Shown piece after piece: positions 1 through 10,108 of a stretch of DNA of 64,000 bases; within the stretch, counting starts at the first letter, position 1, and each line of letters begins with the position of its first letter. The position numbers were made by a program, and so were the translations under genes. Where the stretch lies: assembly GCA_030603445.1 (NCBI GenBank), contig JAUVXU010000001.1:43924-107923 (forward strand), in the 5' to 3' direction. The notes beneath the pieces are model-generated. The model saw only the letters and a program-made list of their open reading frames with translations, ran no database searches and was not told where the DNA came from. Source of the stretch: Methanomicrobia archaeon (GTDB taxonomy: Archaea; Methanobacteriota_B; Thermococci; Methanofastidiosales; NM3).

Positions 1-1
1 C

Positions 2-1051
2 TGCCCAGGCGTTACTGGGAACATGCTGCGCGCATATGTAAATGCAGGAATATCAACAGACCATGAATCAACGACGCTTGAAGAGGCCATGGAAAAATCA
101 TCTATAGGCATGAAGATCCTTGTAAGGGAGGGTTCTAGCGCACATAATCTTGAAGCACTTGCCGGCCTAAAAGACGCTTTTGCATTTTGCACGGACGATA
201 AGCATGTTTTTGACCTGCTTTCTGCAGGCCATATGGATGCGATTCTTGCAAAAGCCGTGTCGTTTGGCATTGACCCGCTTCGCGCCCTGAAAATGGCAAC
301 TTTTAATCCGGCATCACACTATAACATAGAGGGGGGCGCTATTAAAGAAAACGCGCCTGCAACGATGCTTGTGCTAAAAGACCTATCCTCTTTTATGCCA
401 GAACGAGTATACATCCGCGGAAATATCGTGGCAAAGGACGGTGTAGCCCTCCAAATACCTAAAAAGCGGCCACAGCCGCTTACCCGCATGTCGGCTTCTT
501 CCATATCCGCAAGCGATATCAAGGTGCGCGGAAAAGATGCATCACATATCATAGGCGCCCATAATAGCGAGCTTTTGACAGATCACCTAACAACTGCTTC
601 AGAAGGTGGCAAATACCAAAAAATAGTCGTTGTTAACAGGTATGGGGGAGGACACGTGGCTGCAGGCCACATTAAGGGTATGAATATGAAGAATTGTGCT
701 ATTGCACAGACCATAGCACATGATTCCCACAACATTATTGCAACGGGTTCAAGTGACGAATTGATAGTTAGTGCAATAAATGAAGTGATAAAATTAGGCG
801 GAGGAATTGTTGCGTGCTCCCCTAATAAAAGAAAGATTGTGCCCCTGGACATAGCCGGCCTCATGAGCACAAAAGACCCTGCTGTGGTTTCACAAGAGAT
901 GGAAGACCTTATGATATTTATTAAAAGACACGGCACAAAGATGCAAAATATCGTAACGACGCTTTCATTTATGGCGCTTCTTGTAATACCCCATCTAAAG
1001 ATCTCTGATCTGGGGCTTTTTGATGTAGATAGCTTCTCTTTTATAGGATAA
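2..1051 (+). CDS. Adenine deaminase / amidohydrolase-family protein, C-terminal ~350 aa (5' end lies outside the window)
   Basis: The reading frame is open from the first base of the window. The translation (…DHESTTLEEAMEK…HNSELLTDHL…GGHVAAGHIKGMN…) looks like an amidohydrolase-superfamily adenine deaminase C-terminal region. The family call is from memory of the fold and is not verified. Confidence 0.55.
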   Translation, partial: CPGVTGNMLRAYVNAGISTDHESTTLEEAMEKSSIGMKILVREGSSAHNLEALAGLKDAFAFCTDDKHVFDLLSAGHMDAILAKAVSFGIDPLRALKMATFNPASHYNIEGGAIKENAPATMLVLKDLSSFMPERVYIRGNIVAKDGVALQIPKKRPQPLTRMSASSISASDIKVRGKDASHIIGAHNSELLTDHLTTASEGGKYQKIVVVNRYGGGHVAAGHIKGMNMKNCAIAQTIAHDSHNIIATGSSDELIVSAINEVIKLGGGIVACSPNKRKIVPLDIAGLMSTKDPAVVSQEMEDLMIFIKRHGTKMQNIVTTLSFMALLVIPHLKISDLGLFDVDSFSFIG

Positions 1052-1094
1052 ATAATATATATTATATCCCACCATATGATGTGGGGGTCGGCAC

Positions 1095-2606
1095 GTGCAT
1101 TCTTTTCTTAATAATCTTGGAATAAAAAAGGAAAATTTAGGCGGTTGTTATGGTATAGACAACTGGGTGGGATATGGAGAGACCATTATATCTATTAATC
1201 CTGCAACAGGTGAACCTATTGCAAAAATAAGGCTAATTGATGAGGGAGAATATAACAACATAACCAAGAGCGCATGCTCTACTTTTAAGAAATGGCGCGA
1301 GCTTCCTGCACCAAAGCGAGGAGAAATAGTGCGTCAGATAGGAAATGCTCTTCGCAAGAAAAAAGAGGACCTTTCCAAGCTAGTATCACTTGAAACAGGA
1401 AAAATATACACAGAGGGGCAAGGCGAGGTCCAAGAAGCTATTGACATCTCTGATTTTGCTTGTGGTCTTTCCCGCCAACTCTATGGAAATACCATGCCAA
1501 GCGAGCGCCAATCACACCGGCTATATGAACAGTGGCATCCCTTAGGCAGCGTGGGAATAATTACGGCCTTCAACTTTCCTGTTGCAGTATGGGGATGGAA
1601 TGCTCTAATAGCATCGGTATGTGGTGATACCACAATATGGAAACCCTCCTCGAAAGTGCCCCTTTGCGCCATAGCAGTGCAGCATATAGTAAATGGCGTG
1701 CTTGCTGACAATGGATGGGAAACCGGGGTCTTTTGCCTTGCTTGCGGAGATGGAAAAACTGTGGGAAGTTGGATATCTAAAGACCCGCGCATACCGCTTG
1801 TTTCGGCAACTGGATCTGTTTCTATGGGCAAGAAAGTAGCAGAGAATGTTGCCAAGCGTTTGGGAAAAACCATCCTTGAGCTTGGGGGAAACAATGCAGT
1901 TATTGTAAGCGAACATGCAAATATGGACCTGACACTCCCCGCCATACTCTTTGGCGCCATTGGGACGGCAGGCCAAAGATGCACATCTTTACGAAGGGTG
2001 CTGGTGCATTCATCCCGCAAAGATGACCTCATAACGCGCCTCATAAAAGCATATTCATCAGTAGAGATAGGAGATCCACTTGACCCGGATGTTCGTATGG
2101 GCCCACTAATTGACGGTCGCGCAGTATCTGATATGATGATGGCGCTAGCCTCAGTTGAGGAACAGGGAGGTGCCATCATCTATGGAGGCAAGAGGCTGCG
2201 CGGAAATTTTGTAGAACCAGCAATAGTAGAGGTACCGGGAAATGTCCCAATCGTTTCCAAGGAGACTTTCGCACCCATTCTTTACATTATAGAGTACAGC
2301 GATTTTGATGAAGCAGTGCAACTCCAAAACGAGGTGCCTCAGGGGCTTTCAAGCGCAGCATTCACAACTAACTTAACAGAAGCAGAATATTTCCTATCAT
2401 GCAGTGGATCGGACTGCGGGATAGCAAACATCAATGTTAGCACCAGCGGTGCTGAGATAGGCGGGGCGTTTGGCGGAGAAAAAGAAACAGGAGGGGGCAG
2501 GGAAGCTGGTTCTGATGCCTGGAAAGCCTATATGCGGCGCCAGACCGTGACTATTAATTGGGGGAACAAAATGCCTCTCTCACAAGGGATCGACTTTTCT
2601 AAATAG
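1095..2606 (+). CDS. Aldehyde dehydrogenase, ALDH7/antiquitin-like (alpha-aminoadipic semialdehyde / piperideine-6-carboxylate dehydrogenase family)
   Basis: 503 aa with a GTG start. It carries ALDH hallmarks (ELGGNNA, GTAGQRCTS with the catalytic Cys, FAPILY, EVPQGLSSAAFT, SDCGIANINVSTSGAEIGGAFGGEKETGGGREAGSDAWKAYMRRQT). This is nearly collinear with vertebrate ALDH7A1 as I remember it. Confidence 0.85.
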   Translation: MHSFLNNLGIKKENLGGCYGIDNWVGYGETIISINPATGEPIAKIRLIDEGEYNNITKSACSTFKKWRELPAPKRGEIVRQIGNALRKKKEDLSKLVSLETGKIYTEGQGEVQEAIDISDFACGLSRQLYGNTMPSERQSHRLYEQWHPLGSVGIITAFNFPVAVWGWNALIASVCGDTTIWKPSSKVPLCAIAVQHIVNGVLADNGWETGVFCLACGDGKTVGSWISKDPRIPLVSATGSVSMGKKVAENVAKRLGKTILELGGNNAVIVSEHANMDLTLPAILFGAIGTAGQRCTSLRRVLVHSSRKDDLITRLIKAYSSVEIGDPLDPDVRMGPLIDGRAVSDMMMALASVEEQGGAIIYGGKRLRGNFVEPAIVEVPGNVPIVSKETFAPILYIIEYSDFDEAVQLQNEVPQGLSSAAFTTNLTEAEYFLSCSGSDCGIANINVSTSGAEIGGAFGGEKETGGGREAGSDAWKAYMRRQTVTINWGNKMPLSQGIDFSK

Positions 2607-3126
2607 GAAAATACTGTCCTTTTTCACCTTCGTCTTCTCCCATACCTCCACAATTCCCATAAGAGATGCCATTAGAAAGAAAATGGCTGGCCAGGTGCCA
2701 TGTATAAGCCACCACACAAGATACCCCGATATGACAACAAGTGCTACAACCAAGGGAATAGCAACATATAATGGAAGATATAATACTTTAATTTCTAACG
2801 AATGTATACGCATATTTCCCTCTTGTTAGGTCAACTTATTAAGTTTATTGTGGGTAGAAACGATAAGTTAAAAGAGCGAATGAAATAAAATCATTCTGGT
2901 TCAAGGTCCAGCAATAATATAAGGAGTGCTAGTATAACTGCAACTAGTGCCAAGATCCCCCTATCGTAGACATAGAGGATAAGGGCCGCAATAATAAACA
3001 GTATGGTGGATCTCGAGCCTACCTTCATGCCTGTATAAACCCACATACATTAAAAAAAGTATTGGTGGGTAAAGCAATAGAAAAAATTTTAAATGGAAGA
3101 AATGTTCTAAACTACTAAATAGCAAT

Positions 3127-3213
3127 GTCAGGGTGGCCCAGCCTGGTACGGCGCCGGCCTGCTAAGCCGGTTCTTGAAAGAGATCCGGGGTTCAAATCCC
3201 CGCCCTGACGCCA
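3127..3213 (+). tRNA. tRNA-Ser (anticodon GCT), class II with a long variable arm and encoded CCA
   Basis: Sequence GTCAGGGTGGCCCAGCCTGGTACGGCGCCGGCCTGCTAAGCCGGTTCTTGAAAGAGATCCGGGGTTCAAATCCCCGCCCTGACG+CCA. There is a 7-bp acceptor stem (GTCAGGG/CCCTGAC), a 5-bp anticodon stem (CCGGC/GCCGG) with loop CTGCTAA giving anticodon GCT, about 15 nt of extra arm, and a T-loop GGTTCAAATCC. Confidence 0.9.
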
Positions 3214-3307
3214 AATCTATTCTTGTTATGTTGCCCATACATTATTTGATGGATTTACGCATTTTTCCCCATATATTACGAAACCAAACACTTCATCCAA
3301 TACTTAG

Positions 3308-3332
3308 TTTGCAGTGGAAACGAAGGGGTATG
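3308..3332 (+). repeat. Isolated ORB-like element (TTTGCAGTGGAAACGAAGGGGTATG), near-identical to the ORB at oriC (28218–28245)
   Basis: It matches the oriC ORB at 28218–28245 at 18 of 19 core positions. It sits in a 430-bp AT-rich spacer about 95 bp downstream of tRNA-Ser. Confidence 0.6.
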
Positions 3333-3637
3333 AAATGATACTCTTCATTCCAATGAGCAGCTTCTTTTCCATGACATTATATGATATATTTATGCATAAA
3401 ATGCCATATCCAATTCGTGCCGTGAAAAACAAGGGATTAAATATAAATAATACCCTATAAAACTAAATCTATGGAACATGAAAAATTATTTATGGGGTGT
3501 GTTGCAGGCGGTATTATTTTAGGAATAATACCCTTTGGTTTTGAGTACAAGGCAATTGCCGTAGGTGTAGCAATAGGTTTGATTTTCTTTATGCAGATGA
3601 GAAATTATATTGACTGAAAAATTCTCCGATAGGTTGC

Positions 3638-4171
3638 CTATCTATCTGGAGGTCTTTTTCTTAGATATTTATTAAGCTCGCATCGCAGGTAGCTACGAGA
3701 AAACATCTCAAGCCCAAACTGGCTGTTTTGGGCCTCAAGTGGTGCCTCGAAACGAATAGAGTCTTTGTCAATTATATGTATACTGCCACCTTTTCCAATA
3801 GCAATGTTTAGTGGCCATTTCCCCATAAAGATACCATATCCAATTCCCCTTGACCGGAGTTCTTCTAATGTCGTATCAATTAATATGTTATTAGTAAGCG
3901 GAGTTATTATTACTATTCCCTTAGTGATACTGCTAGTTGGGTCAACGCAGCTTAAAAACTGCTCCAATTGCTCTTTACACTGTGCATTATAATCTATGTG
4001 CGTAAGATACTGTGCTTCTTTTGTTTCAATATATAACGAAAGGCAGGAAATGATGCTCGTTGTTTCTAGAAATTCTTCATCAGATGCTCTTTTACAAATG
4101 CAAGAGCGCTGAAATATCTTCTTCACATTCTCGGGCTCACGTATTAAAGTTACCAAGTAAATTACTCCCAT
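3638..4171 (-). CDS. Hypothetical protein (177 aa)
   Basis: ORF only; no recognisable motif. It overlaps the upstream ORF by 10 nt, as in an operon. Confidence 0.4.
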   Translation of the reverse strand: MGVIYLVTLIREPENVKKIFQRSCICKRASDEEFLETTSIISCLSLYIETKEAQYLTHIDYNAQCKEQLEQFLSCVDPTSSITKGIVIITPLTNNILIDTTLEELRSRGIGYGIFMGKWPLNIAIGKGGSIHIIDKDSIRFEAPLEAQNSQFGLEMFSRSYLRCELNKYLRKRPPDR

Positions 4172-4473
4172 CGCTTTTTGTTGTAGTAGGTTTTCTTGTA
4201 GGCAACGATAAAAGATCGGCCGTCAATATCTTCGTTTGCTACCACATAATCCATTGTAAACGAGTCTTCCTCTTCGCCCCGAACTGTTAGAACACTGTCT
4301 TTTGATTCTACAATAGGAAATCCGTTTTTATGAAAATATTCCCTCAATAATGGCTCTTTATCAGCTGGCACTCTAAGCGCCACCGTACCTGTGCATGAGG
4401 AATAAAGCTCCTCAATGTCTTTTGTGTTTGCCAATAGGCGCCATGTCATGTCGCAACTTTCGCCTAACATCAA
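4162..4473 (-). CDS. Hypothetical protein (103 aa)
   Basis: ORF overlapping the next gene by 10 nt. Function unknown. Confidence 0.4.
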   Translation of the reverse strand: MMLGESCDMTWRLLANTKDIEELYSSCTGTVALRVPADKEPLLREYFHKNGFPIVESKDSVLTVRGEEEDSFTMDYVVANEDIDGRSFIVAYKKTYYNKKRWE

Positions 4474-4581
4474 AACAAATCATGTTTGATAAATAAAAAT
4501 CTAATGCGATAGAAGGCATTTGTTATATCTGCCGGTCTTGATCCTTTCATTATTTATGATAAGAAATAATAACTTTCTAGC

Positions 4582-5781
4582 TTAGCTGCCCCTACACAAA
4601 CTCGCACAAAAAGCCACAGCTAACGTTTTTAAATTAACTGGGCGCTTTCTAACTGGCCTAACTTCCTCCTCGTTCTCAATTATCGTTGCAAGAAGATACC
4701 AATTTGAGAACACAATACGCCCCCCTAAATAATCCTTTGTCAAAGAATATCCTGGTGTTCCAAATCCAATGTTTTTTACCATTGCCCCAGCAAGAATAAA
4801 TGAGAATTCTCCAAGATATGTCTTGTAAGGTTCGCTGAAATATTCTTTCTCATCTGTCTTTTTGCCTATCTGAAGAAAATCATAACGATTGTCCTTGCCC
4901 AACGGCGCCTTGTAGATGTTTGCATCATCTACCCATATGTCATAAACGGCGCCCGTGTGATTCTGCATTCCTAAAAGCCACCCCCATGCATCCTCTAGTG
5001 CGTTGCCGTAACGTGTGCCAGCAGATATTTTGTACGCCATCCAAAGCCCCATCATTGTCATTGTCACGTAATGGACCGACCTATCCCATCTGGTCGGAAT
5101 CCTAAGGGCATATCCGTCATGCCAGGACCCATCCATTAACTGCATGTCATACAGCGCGTCTGCAAGCTTTATGCAGTATCCATAATAGGGGTCTTTTGCA
5201 ACGCCATAATAAGTTAGTGCACCTATTCCAAGGCCCACGATTCCCAAATCATTAGGGCTTGTCCAATAGTATGAAGTGAGGGATGATGTATTAAAACCCC
5301 CGTTGTGCTGGTTCAAACAACGGGTATCGTTGCATTCTGCAGGATATGTTTTCTCCCATCTGTCCATCTCCATTATTAGAAAATCACCGCATCTAATTGC
5401 GGCCTCTGCATAAGTGGTGTTGCCTGTATACCAATATGCTGCAGAAAGCACCCATGCACCAAGTCCTGTAATAAGCTTGGAATTTACATTTTCCTTATCC
5501 AAATACCTCTTTACCTCGCCATTCTTATCTGTCCTTAGAAGGATTGCATCAGCGCATTGCAAGGCCTTTTGCTGTACAGAATAACTAGGCTCATTCATGT
5601 CCAGATACATTAAGAAAATAAACCTATAACAAATGTTTATCCCGTCCTCCTCAGCTACAGGATCCCATATAGATAGTGTGCGCTCATAAATGGATGTTGC
5701 CTCTGTAGTTGATGCCACAACAGGGGGGCAGAAACCAACTATCAACATTGCCAAAAGAAAAGTCGTTACGTATCGGCGCAT
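4582..5781 (-). CDS. Secreted protein with a signal peptide, possibly an alpha/alpha-toroid (prenyltransferase / squalene-cyclase-like repeat) fold
   Basis: The N-terminus has a hydrophobic signal (MRRYVTTFLLAMLIVGFCPPVVAS). The mature part is Trp/Tyr/Gly-rich with repeated aromatic segments (DGSWHDGYA, NHTGAVYD, GGFNT). The fold guess is weak. Confidence 0.45.
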   Translation of the reverse strand: MRRYVTTFLLAMLIVGFCPPVVASTTEATSIYERTLSIWDPVAEEDGINICYRFIFLMYLDMNEPSYSVQQKALQCADAILLRTDKNGEVKRYLDKENVNSKLITGLGAWVLSAAYWYTGNTTYAEAAIRCGDFLIMEMDRWEKTYPAECNDTRCLNQHNGGFNTSSLTSYYWTSPNDLGIVGLGIGALTYYGVAKDPYYGYCIKLADALYDMQLMDGSWHDGYALRIPTRWDRSVHYVTMTMMGLWMAYKISAGTRYGNALEDAWGWLLGMQNHTGAVYDIWVDDANIYKAPLGKDNRYDFLQIGKKTDEKEYFSEPYKTYLGEFSFILAGAMVKNIGFGTPGYSLTKDYLGGRIVFSNWYLLATIIENEEEVRPVRKRPVNLKTLAVAFCASLCRGS

Positions 5782-6133
5782 TGCAAATAATTACAAGAGA
5801 ATAATATAAAACTATTTAGCATATGAAACGAATCATCAAAAACTATATTCTAGGAATCCCAAATTATCGAAAAAATTGGCAAGGGAAAAAAGGATGTATA
5901 CGCCGGCAAAATAACCGCAATAATACTTTATAATACATAATTTTCTCTAAAACCCTTAGTAAATATCGTAAGATTTATAAATAAGATATTTTCTACATCT
6001 ATAATGCGATGCTGATATGAACCCATCCATAAAAGGATTAAATAATCGTTGGCATCAAAAAATGGCAGAAAAATTTAAAAAGCATACGCTTAGATGTGAT
6101 GCTAATTCAATTTAAAGATTGGAGGACTAACCA

Positions 6134-7432
6134 ATGGCAAAAGAAAAACCACACTTAAATGTAGCATTTATTGGTCACGTTGACCACGGAAAGTCTACAA
6201 CTGTCGGACAGTTGCTGGTCCAACATGGTGACATTAGGGAAAATATAATCAAAAAGTTCGAGGATATGGGCGAGAAAGGTAAGACCTTTAAATTCGCATG
6301 GGTAATGGACAACCTCAAAGAAGAGCGTGAGCGGGGCGTGACAATCGACTTGGCTCATAAGAAGTTCGAGACAGATTCAAAGTACATCACGATCGTGGAC
6401 TGTCCAGGACACCGTGACTTCGTCAAGAATATGATCACTGGCGCCTCACAAGCTGATGCAGCCGTTCTTGTCGTTGACGCAAAAGACGGTGTAATGCCGC
6501 AGACGAAGGAACACGTCTTCTTGGCCAGAACGCTTGGTATCAAGCAACTCGCAGTTGCTGTAAACAAAATGGATGTAGTTGGCTACAAAGAAGAGAGGTA
6601 TAACGAGATAAAGGATTCTGTTTCAAAATTAATACGTGTTGTAGGCTTCAAGCCCGATGAGACACTATTTATTCCTATCTCCGCATTCGAAGGGGACAAT
6701 GTAACTAAATCTTCAGATAATCTATCCTGGTATAAGGGCAAGACTCTTCTTGATACCATAGACTCTTTCAAAGAGCCTTCAAAACCAGTTAACAAGCCCC
6801 TTAGGCTTCCGGTGCAGGATGTATTTACTATAACCGGCGTAGGGACCGTCCCTGTTGGCAGAGTGGAAACAGGCATAATGAAAATAGGGGACAAAGTGAT
6901 TTTTGAACCCGCATCAAACATCCTTGGTAAACCAGTAACTGGTGAAGTAAAGACTGTTGAGATGCATCATGTTACCTTAAAGCAAGCAGAGCCTGGGGAC
7001 AACATAGGATTTAACGTACGAGGCGTCGGAAAGAAGGACATCAGGAGAGGCGATGTTTTAGGACACGTTTCCAAACCACCAACGGTCGTAACACCAAAGG
7101 ACACATTCAGGGCGCAGATAGCCGTTCTCACCCACCCAACAGCCATCACCGCAGGATACACCCCGGTGTTCCATGCATATACTGCACAAGTAGCCTGCAC
7201 ATTCGAGGCACTTGTCGCAAAACTCGATAAGAAAACAGGCGGTATAGCTGAAGAGAATCCAAAATTCTTGAAGTCTGGCGACGCCGCAATCGTTGAGATA
7301 AGGCCAACAAAGCCAATGGTGATTGAGAACTACAAGGAACTCCCAGAAATGGGTCGATTTGCTATACGTGATATGGGTACAACAGTTGCTGCAGGTATGT
7401 GCATCGCTATTCACAAGGGTGGCAAGTACTAA
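6134..7432 (+). CDS. tuf: Translation elongation factor EF-1 alpha (aEF1A)
   Basis: The GTPase motifs are present ([24 protein letters not shown]), with the domain II/III conservation of archaeal EF-1alpha. There is a GGAGG Shine-Dalgarno 8 nt upstream. Confidence 0.97.
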   Translation: MAKEKPHLNVAFIGHVDHGKSTTVGQLLVQHGDIRENIIKKFEDMGEKGKTFKFAWVMDNLKEERERGVTIDLAHKKFETDSKYITIVDCPGHRDFVKNMITGASQADAAVLVVDAKDGVMPQTKEHVFLARTLGIKQLAVAVNKMDVVGYKEERYNEIKDSVSKLIRVVGFKPDETLFIPISAFEGDNVTKSSDNLSWYKGKTLLDTIDSFKEPSKPVNKPLRLPVQDVFTITGVGTVPVGRVETGIMKIGDKVIFEPASNILGKPVTGEVKTVEMHHVTLKQAEPGDNIGFNVRGVGKKDIRRGDVLGHVSKPPTVVTPKDTFRAQIAVLTHPTAITAGYTPVFHAYTAQVACTFEALVAKLDKKTGGIAEENPKFLKSGDAAIVEIRPTKPMVIENYKELPEMGRFAIRDMGTTVAAGMCIAIHKGGKY

Positions 7433-7455
7433 ATAAGTAGTATTTAGCCCTGGAG

Positions 7456-7773
7456 ATGATAGCGTTGCAACGAGCACGTATTAGGCTTGCCAGCACCCAT
7501 CCTGTAAAACTTGATGATGTTTGTGAACAAGTAAAGAAGATTGCTGAAAGAACCGGCGTTAATATTTCCGGTCCTATCCCTCTTCCTACAAAAAAACTCA
7601 AAGTGCCAGTACGAAAATCACCAGATGGTGAAGGTACGGCAACATGGGACCGATGGGAAATGAGGATTCACAAACGACTCATGGAAGTTGATGCAGAAGA
7701 GCGCGCAATGAAGCAGGTCATGAGAGTAAGAGTACCCGATGGCGTCAGCATAGAAATAGAATTGATCTCTTAA
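7456..7773 (+). CDS. rps10: 30S ribosomal protein S10
   Basis: ARIRL…GPIPLPT… is the S10/NusE signature. It sits immediately downstream of EF-1alpha, which is the conserved archaeal tuf–rps10 arrangement. Confidence 0.93.
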   Translation: MIALQRARIRLASTHPVKLDDVCEQVKKIAERTGVNISGPIPLPTKKLKVPVRKSPDGEGTATWDRWEMRIHKRLMEVDAEERAMKQVMRVRVPDGVSIEIELIS

Positions 7774-7827
7774 ACGTAATCAATCTCTATTATTTTTCCT
7801 TCTTTTTTTAATATTAATTCTATCGCA

Positions 7828-8682
7828 CTAAACATCACTATTTCTAATAAATGACTTTACCTTGGAAATGTCCCAGGAGTGATCAAGATCTTGAGAAACC
7901 GGTGTTTCAAGTATCAGCGGAATATTGGTTAGTAAAGGGTCGTTTAAAAAACGCTTAAATGCCTCATCTCCTATATAACCCATGCCAATGTGTTCATGTT
8001 CGTCCTTGCGGCTGTCAAATGGATGCTTTGAATCATTGAGGTGAATAACTCCTAGATTCTCAATTCCTATTACCTCATCTAGCTTATCGATTGTTGACTC
8101 AAGACCTTTTTCAGTGTGAATTGGAAAACCACCGCAAAACGCATGGCATGTGTCAAAGCATATTCCAAGAGACGAAAAATCCTTATCAGAACCCTCAATA
8201 ATTGCAGCTAATTCTTCGAATGTGCGCCCTATTGTTGTTCCTTTGCCCGTGGTGTTCTCCAAAAGGAGTTTTGTATCCTTGGGAACTAATAATTCATTTA
8301 GTCCCTGGGAAATACGCTTTAATCCTTCCTCCCTTTCAAAACCCCCTGTATGGGCGCCCGGATGAAAAACAAAATACTCTATGCCCAGCATGTGCGCAAC
8401 ATTAAGCTCTTCTTGAAGCGCTTTTAAAGATTTATAGAATATATCATCGTTCTTTGTGCCCAAATTTACAAGGTACATTGAATGTACAACGTATGGGGCC
8501 TGATCAAATTTTTTGCGCTGCATCCTAAAACTAGATGCCTCTTCGCTAGAAGGGGGGGAAACCTTCCATATGCGCGGGGATGAGACAAATATCTGGCCAG
8601 TATTTCCGCCTATGTCTTGCTGTCTGTAAATAGCATTGCTAACTCCTCCAGCAATTGAAACATGGGCACCTATCCTACGCAT
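7828..8682 (-). CDS. nfo: Endonuclease IV (AP endonuclease family 2)
   Basis: 284 aa TIM-barrel with the metal ligands of the Nfo family (…HMYLVNLGT…, FVFHPG, IDKLDEVIGIENLG). Confidence 0.88.
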   Translation of the reverse strand: MRRIGAHVSIAGGVSNAIYRQQDIGGNTGQIFVSSPRIWKVSPPSSEEASSFRMQRKKFDQAPYVVHSMYLVNLGTKNDDIFYKSLKALQEELNVAHMLGIEYFVFHPGAHTGGFEREEGLKRISQGLNELLVPKDTKLLLENTTGKGTTIGRTFEELAAIIEGSDKDFSSLGICFDTCHAFCGGFPIHTEKGLESTIDKLDEVIGIENLGVIHLNDSKHPFDSRKDEHEHIGMGYIGDEAFKRFLNDPLLTNIPLILETPVSQDLDHSWDISKVKSFIRNSDV

Positions 8683-8685
8683 GGA

Positions 8686-9168
8686 TTATTCCTCGTTGGG
8701 TGAATTTATCATATTTTTTAGGACCTTGTCATAATAATAAATTAAAATCTTGTTAAGCTGCTTATAATCAGATTCGCTTGTAAAACATAGTGTCATGTCT
8801 GGACTGTAAACACTAAAATATAATCGAGTAAGCAGTTCTAGGAGTTCAATATCTTCCAATTTTCTCCATTCCCTGCTGTTATAAAGATCGCATATATTTA
8901 TCATAGGTATTGTTAGGTCGTTTTTCGTCCATCCGGTGCATTCGTTGTAATCAAAGGCCAAATGAGTATTTACATACAATCGCTCAAATAGCAGAGCAAC
9001 CTCAACAAGTTTGTCATCCTCATCCTTTTGATAACGATGCCCCCACTCAGACTTGCATACGGATGTTAAAAATTCCAAAGCATGTTCATCGTTGATAATG
9101 CCATTTATAATGAGGCATATTTCATTTGATTTAAATTTCCTGCGTTTGGATTTAATATCTTTACTCAT
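8686..9168 (-). CDS. Hypothetical protein (160 aa), co-transcribed with nfo (3-nt gap)
   Basis: ORF with no recognisable family. It lies 3 nt upstream of the nfo start. Confidence 0.45.
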   Translation of the reverse strand: MSKDIKSKRRKFKSNEICLIINGIINDEHALEFLTSVCKSEWGHRYQKDEDDKLVEVALLFERLYVNTHLAFDYNECTGWTKNDLTIPMINICDLYNSREWRKLEDIELLELLTRLYFSVYSPDMTLCFTSESDYKQLNKILIYYYDKVLKNMINSPNEE

Positions 9169-9285
9169 AAACAGTCTATAAAACTGCCTCTATTATAAAT
9201 TTTTTCACGAAACCAGATGCAGACAAAATTATTACAAATAGGCACAACACATTAATAAACGCATATTGCAAAAAAAATATGTGAT

Positions 9286-10056
9286 ATGATGGGATCAATA
9301 AAACACAAGATAATTGTTCTTAGTGGCAAAGGTGGGCTTGGAAAAACCACCATAGCTACAAATTTAGCATATGAACTCTCAACGCAAGGTTTTAAAGTTG
9401 GGTTGCTTGATGCTGACCTATATAGTGAAGCAGTTGTCCATATGCTTGGAATAAATGACTTGCAGCCGGAAATAAAAGACAAAAAGCTTATCCCAGTGCA
9501 GCTTACGCCATCACTAAAGATTATGTCAATAGGGTTACTCGTAGAGGAAGACGGAGCCCCATTAATCGTTAAAAACGCAGCACAGAAGAAGGCTGTTGAG
9601 CAATACGTCACGAACATAACTTGGGGGGACTTGGACTTCTTGATAATAGATCCTCCAAGCGGCATGGGGGAAGGGGCCTTAGATGCCATTGATGCCACAT
9701 CCCAAAAAGCTGCACTTTTCGTCACGACCCCGCAAAAGATAGCACTCAAAGACACTAAAAAGATTATTTCATTTGCCCGTGAAAAAGGGTTAATGCTCAT
9801 CGGACTAGTAGAAAATATGGGAAGTTATTCCTGCAGTAAATGCGGCGAGGAACAAAATATATTCGGTAATGAAGACCCTAAATACATTGCTATGGAAATG
9901 GGGCTGCCATTTCTTGGAAGCATCCCGCTATCGCACCACATAGTTGTTGCATGTGACAAAGGGATGCCCATATGCGAGACCAGCTCAGATTTACCAGAAA
10001 CACATGATTTTAAGGAAATAGTGAATTTTATAAGGATCTTCCTAGAAGGGAAGTGA
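9286..10056 (+). CDS. Mrp/NBP35-family Fe-S cluster carrier ATPase (ParA/MinD fold)
   Basis: Deviant Walker A (VLSGKGGLGKTT) and a C-terminal CSKCGEE Cys motif typical of Mrp/ApbC. Confidence 0.88.
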   Translation: MMGSIKHKIIVLSGKGGLGKTTIATNLAYELSTQGFKVGLLDADLYSEAVVHMLGINDLQPEIKDKKLIPVQLTPSLKIMSIGLLVEEDGAPLIVKNAAQKKAVEQYVTNITWGDLDFLIIDPPSGMGEGALDAIDATSQKAALFVTTPQKIALKDTKKIISFAREKGLMLIGLVENMGSYSCSKCGEEQNIFGNEDPKYIAMEMGLPFLGSIPLSHHIVVACDKGMPICETSSDLPETHDFKEIVNFIRIFLEGK

Positions 10057-10108
10057 ACTAAACATATGCATCATAATAAATTTAAAGCCCAATACACTAA
10101 ATCTACCT

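Noticed and set aside
1481-2179. Antisense ORFs within the ALDH7 gene (1481–2179, 1605–1976)
   Set aside because: They are shadows of a well-supported CDS, with low-complexity Ser/Pro/Arg-rich translations.
3638-4473. Frameshifted pseudogene (103-aa + 177-aa ORFs as one gene)
   Set aside because: A 10-nt overlap with a frame change is also typical of genuine operon pairs. Without homologs the pseudogene call is unsupported, so it is kept as two CDS and flagged as a finding.
5990-6110. C/D box sRNA candidate (CTGA and GTGATGC motifs upstream of EF-1alpha)
   Set aside because: The motif order is inverted relative to C–D'–C'–D, and no terminal stem or guide complementarity is evident.
6155-7601. 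Several 60–140-aa ORFs antisense to or frame-shifted within EF-1alpha (6155–6358, 6355–6567, 6583–6921, 6967–7200, 7058–7477, 7407–7601)
   Set aside because: They lie entirely inside a highly conserved, strongly supported gene and have no start context or motifs. They are shadow ORFs.
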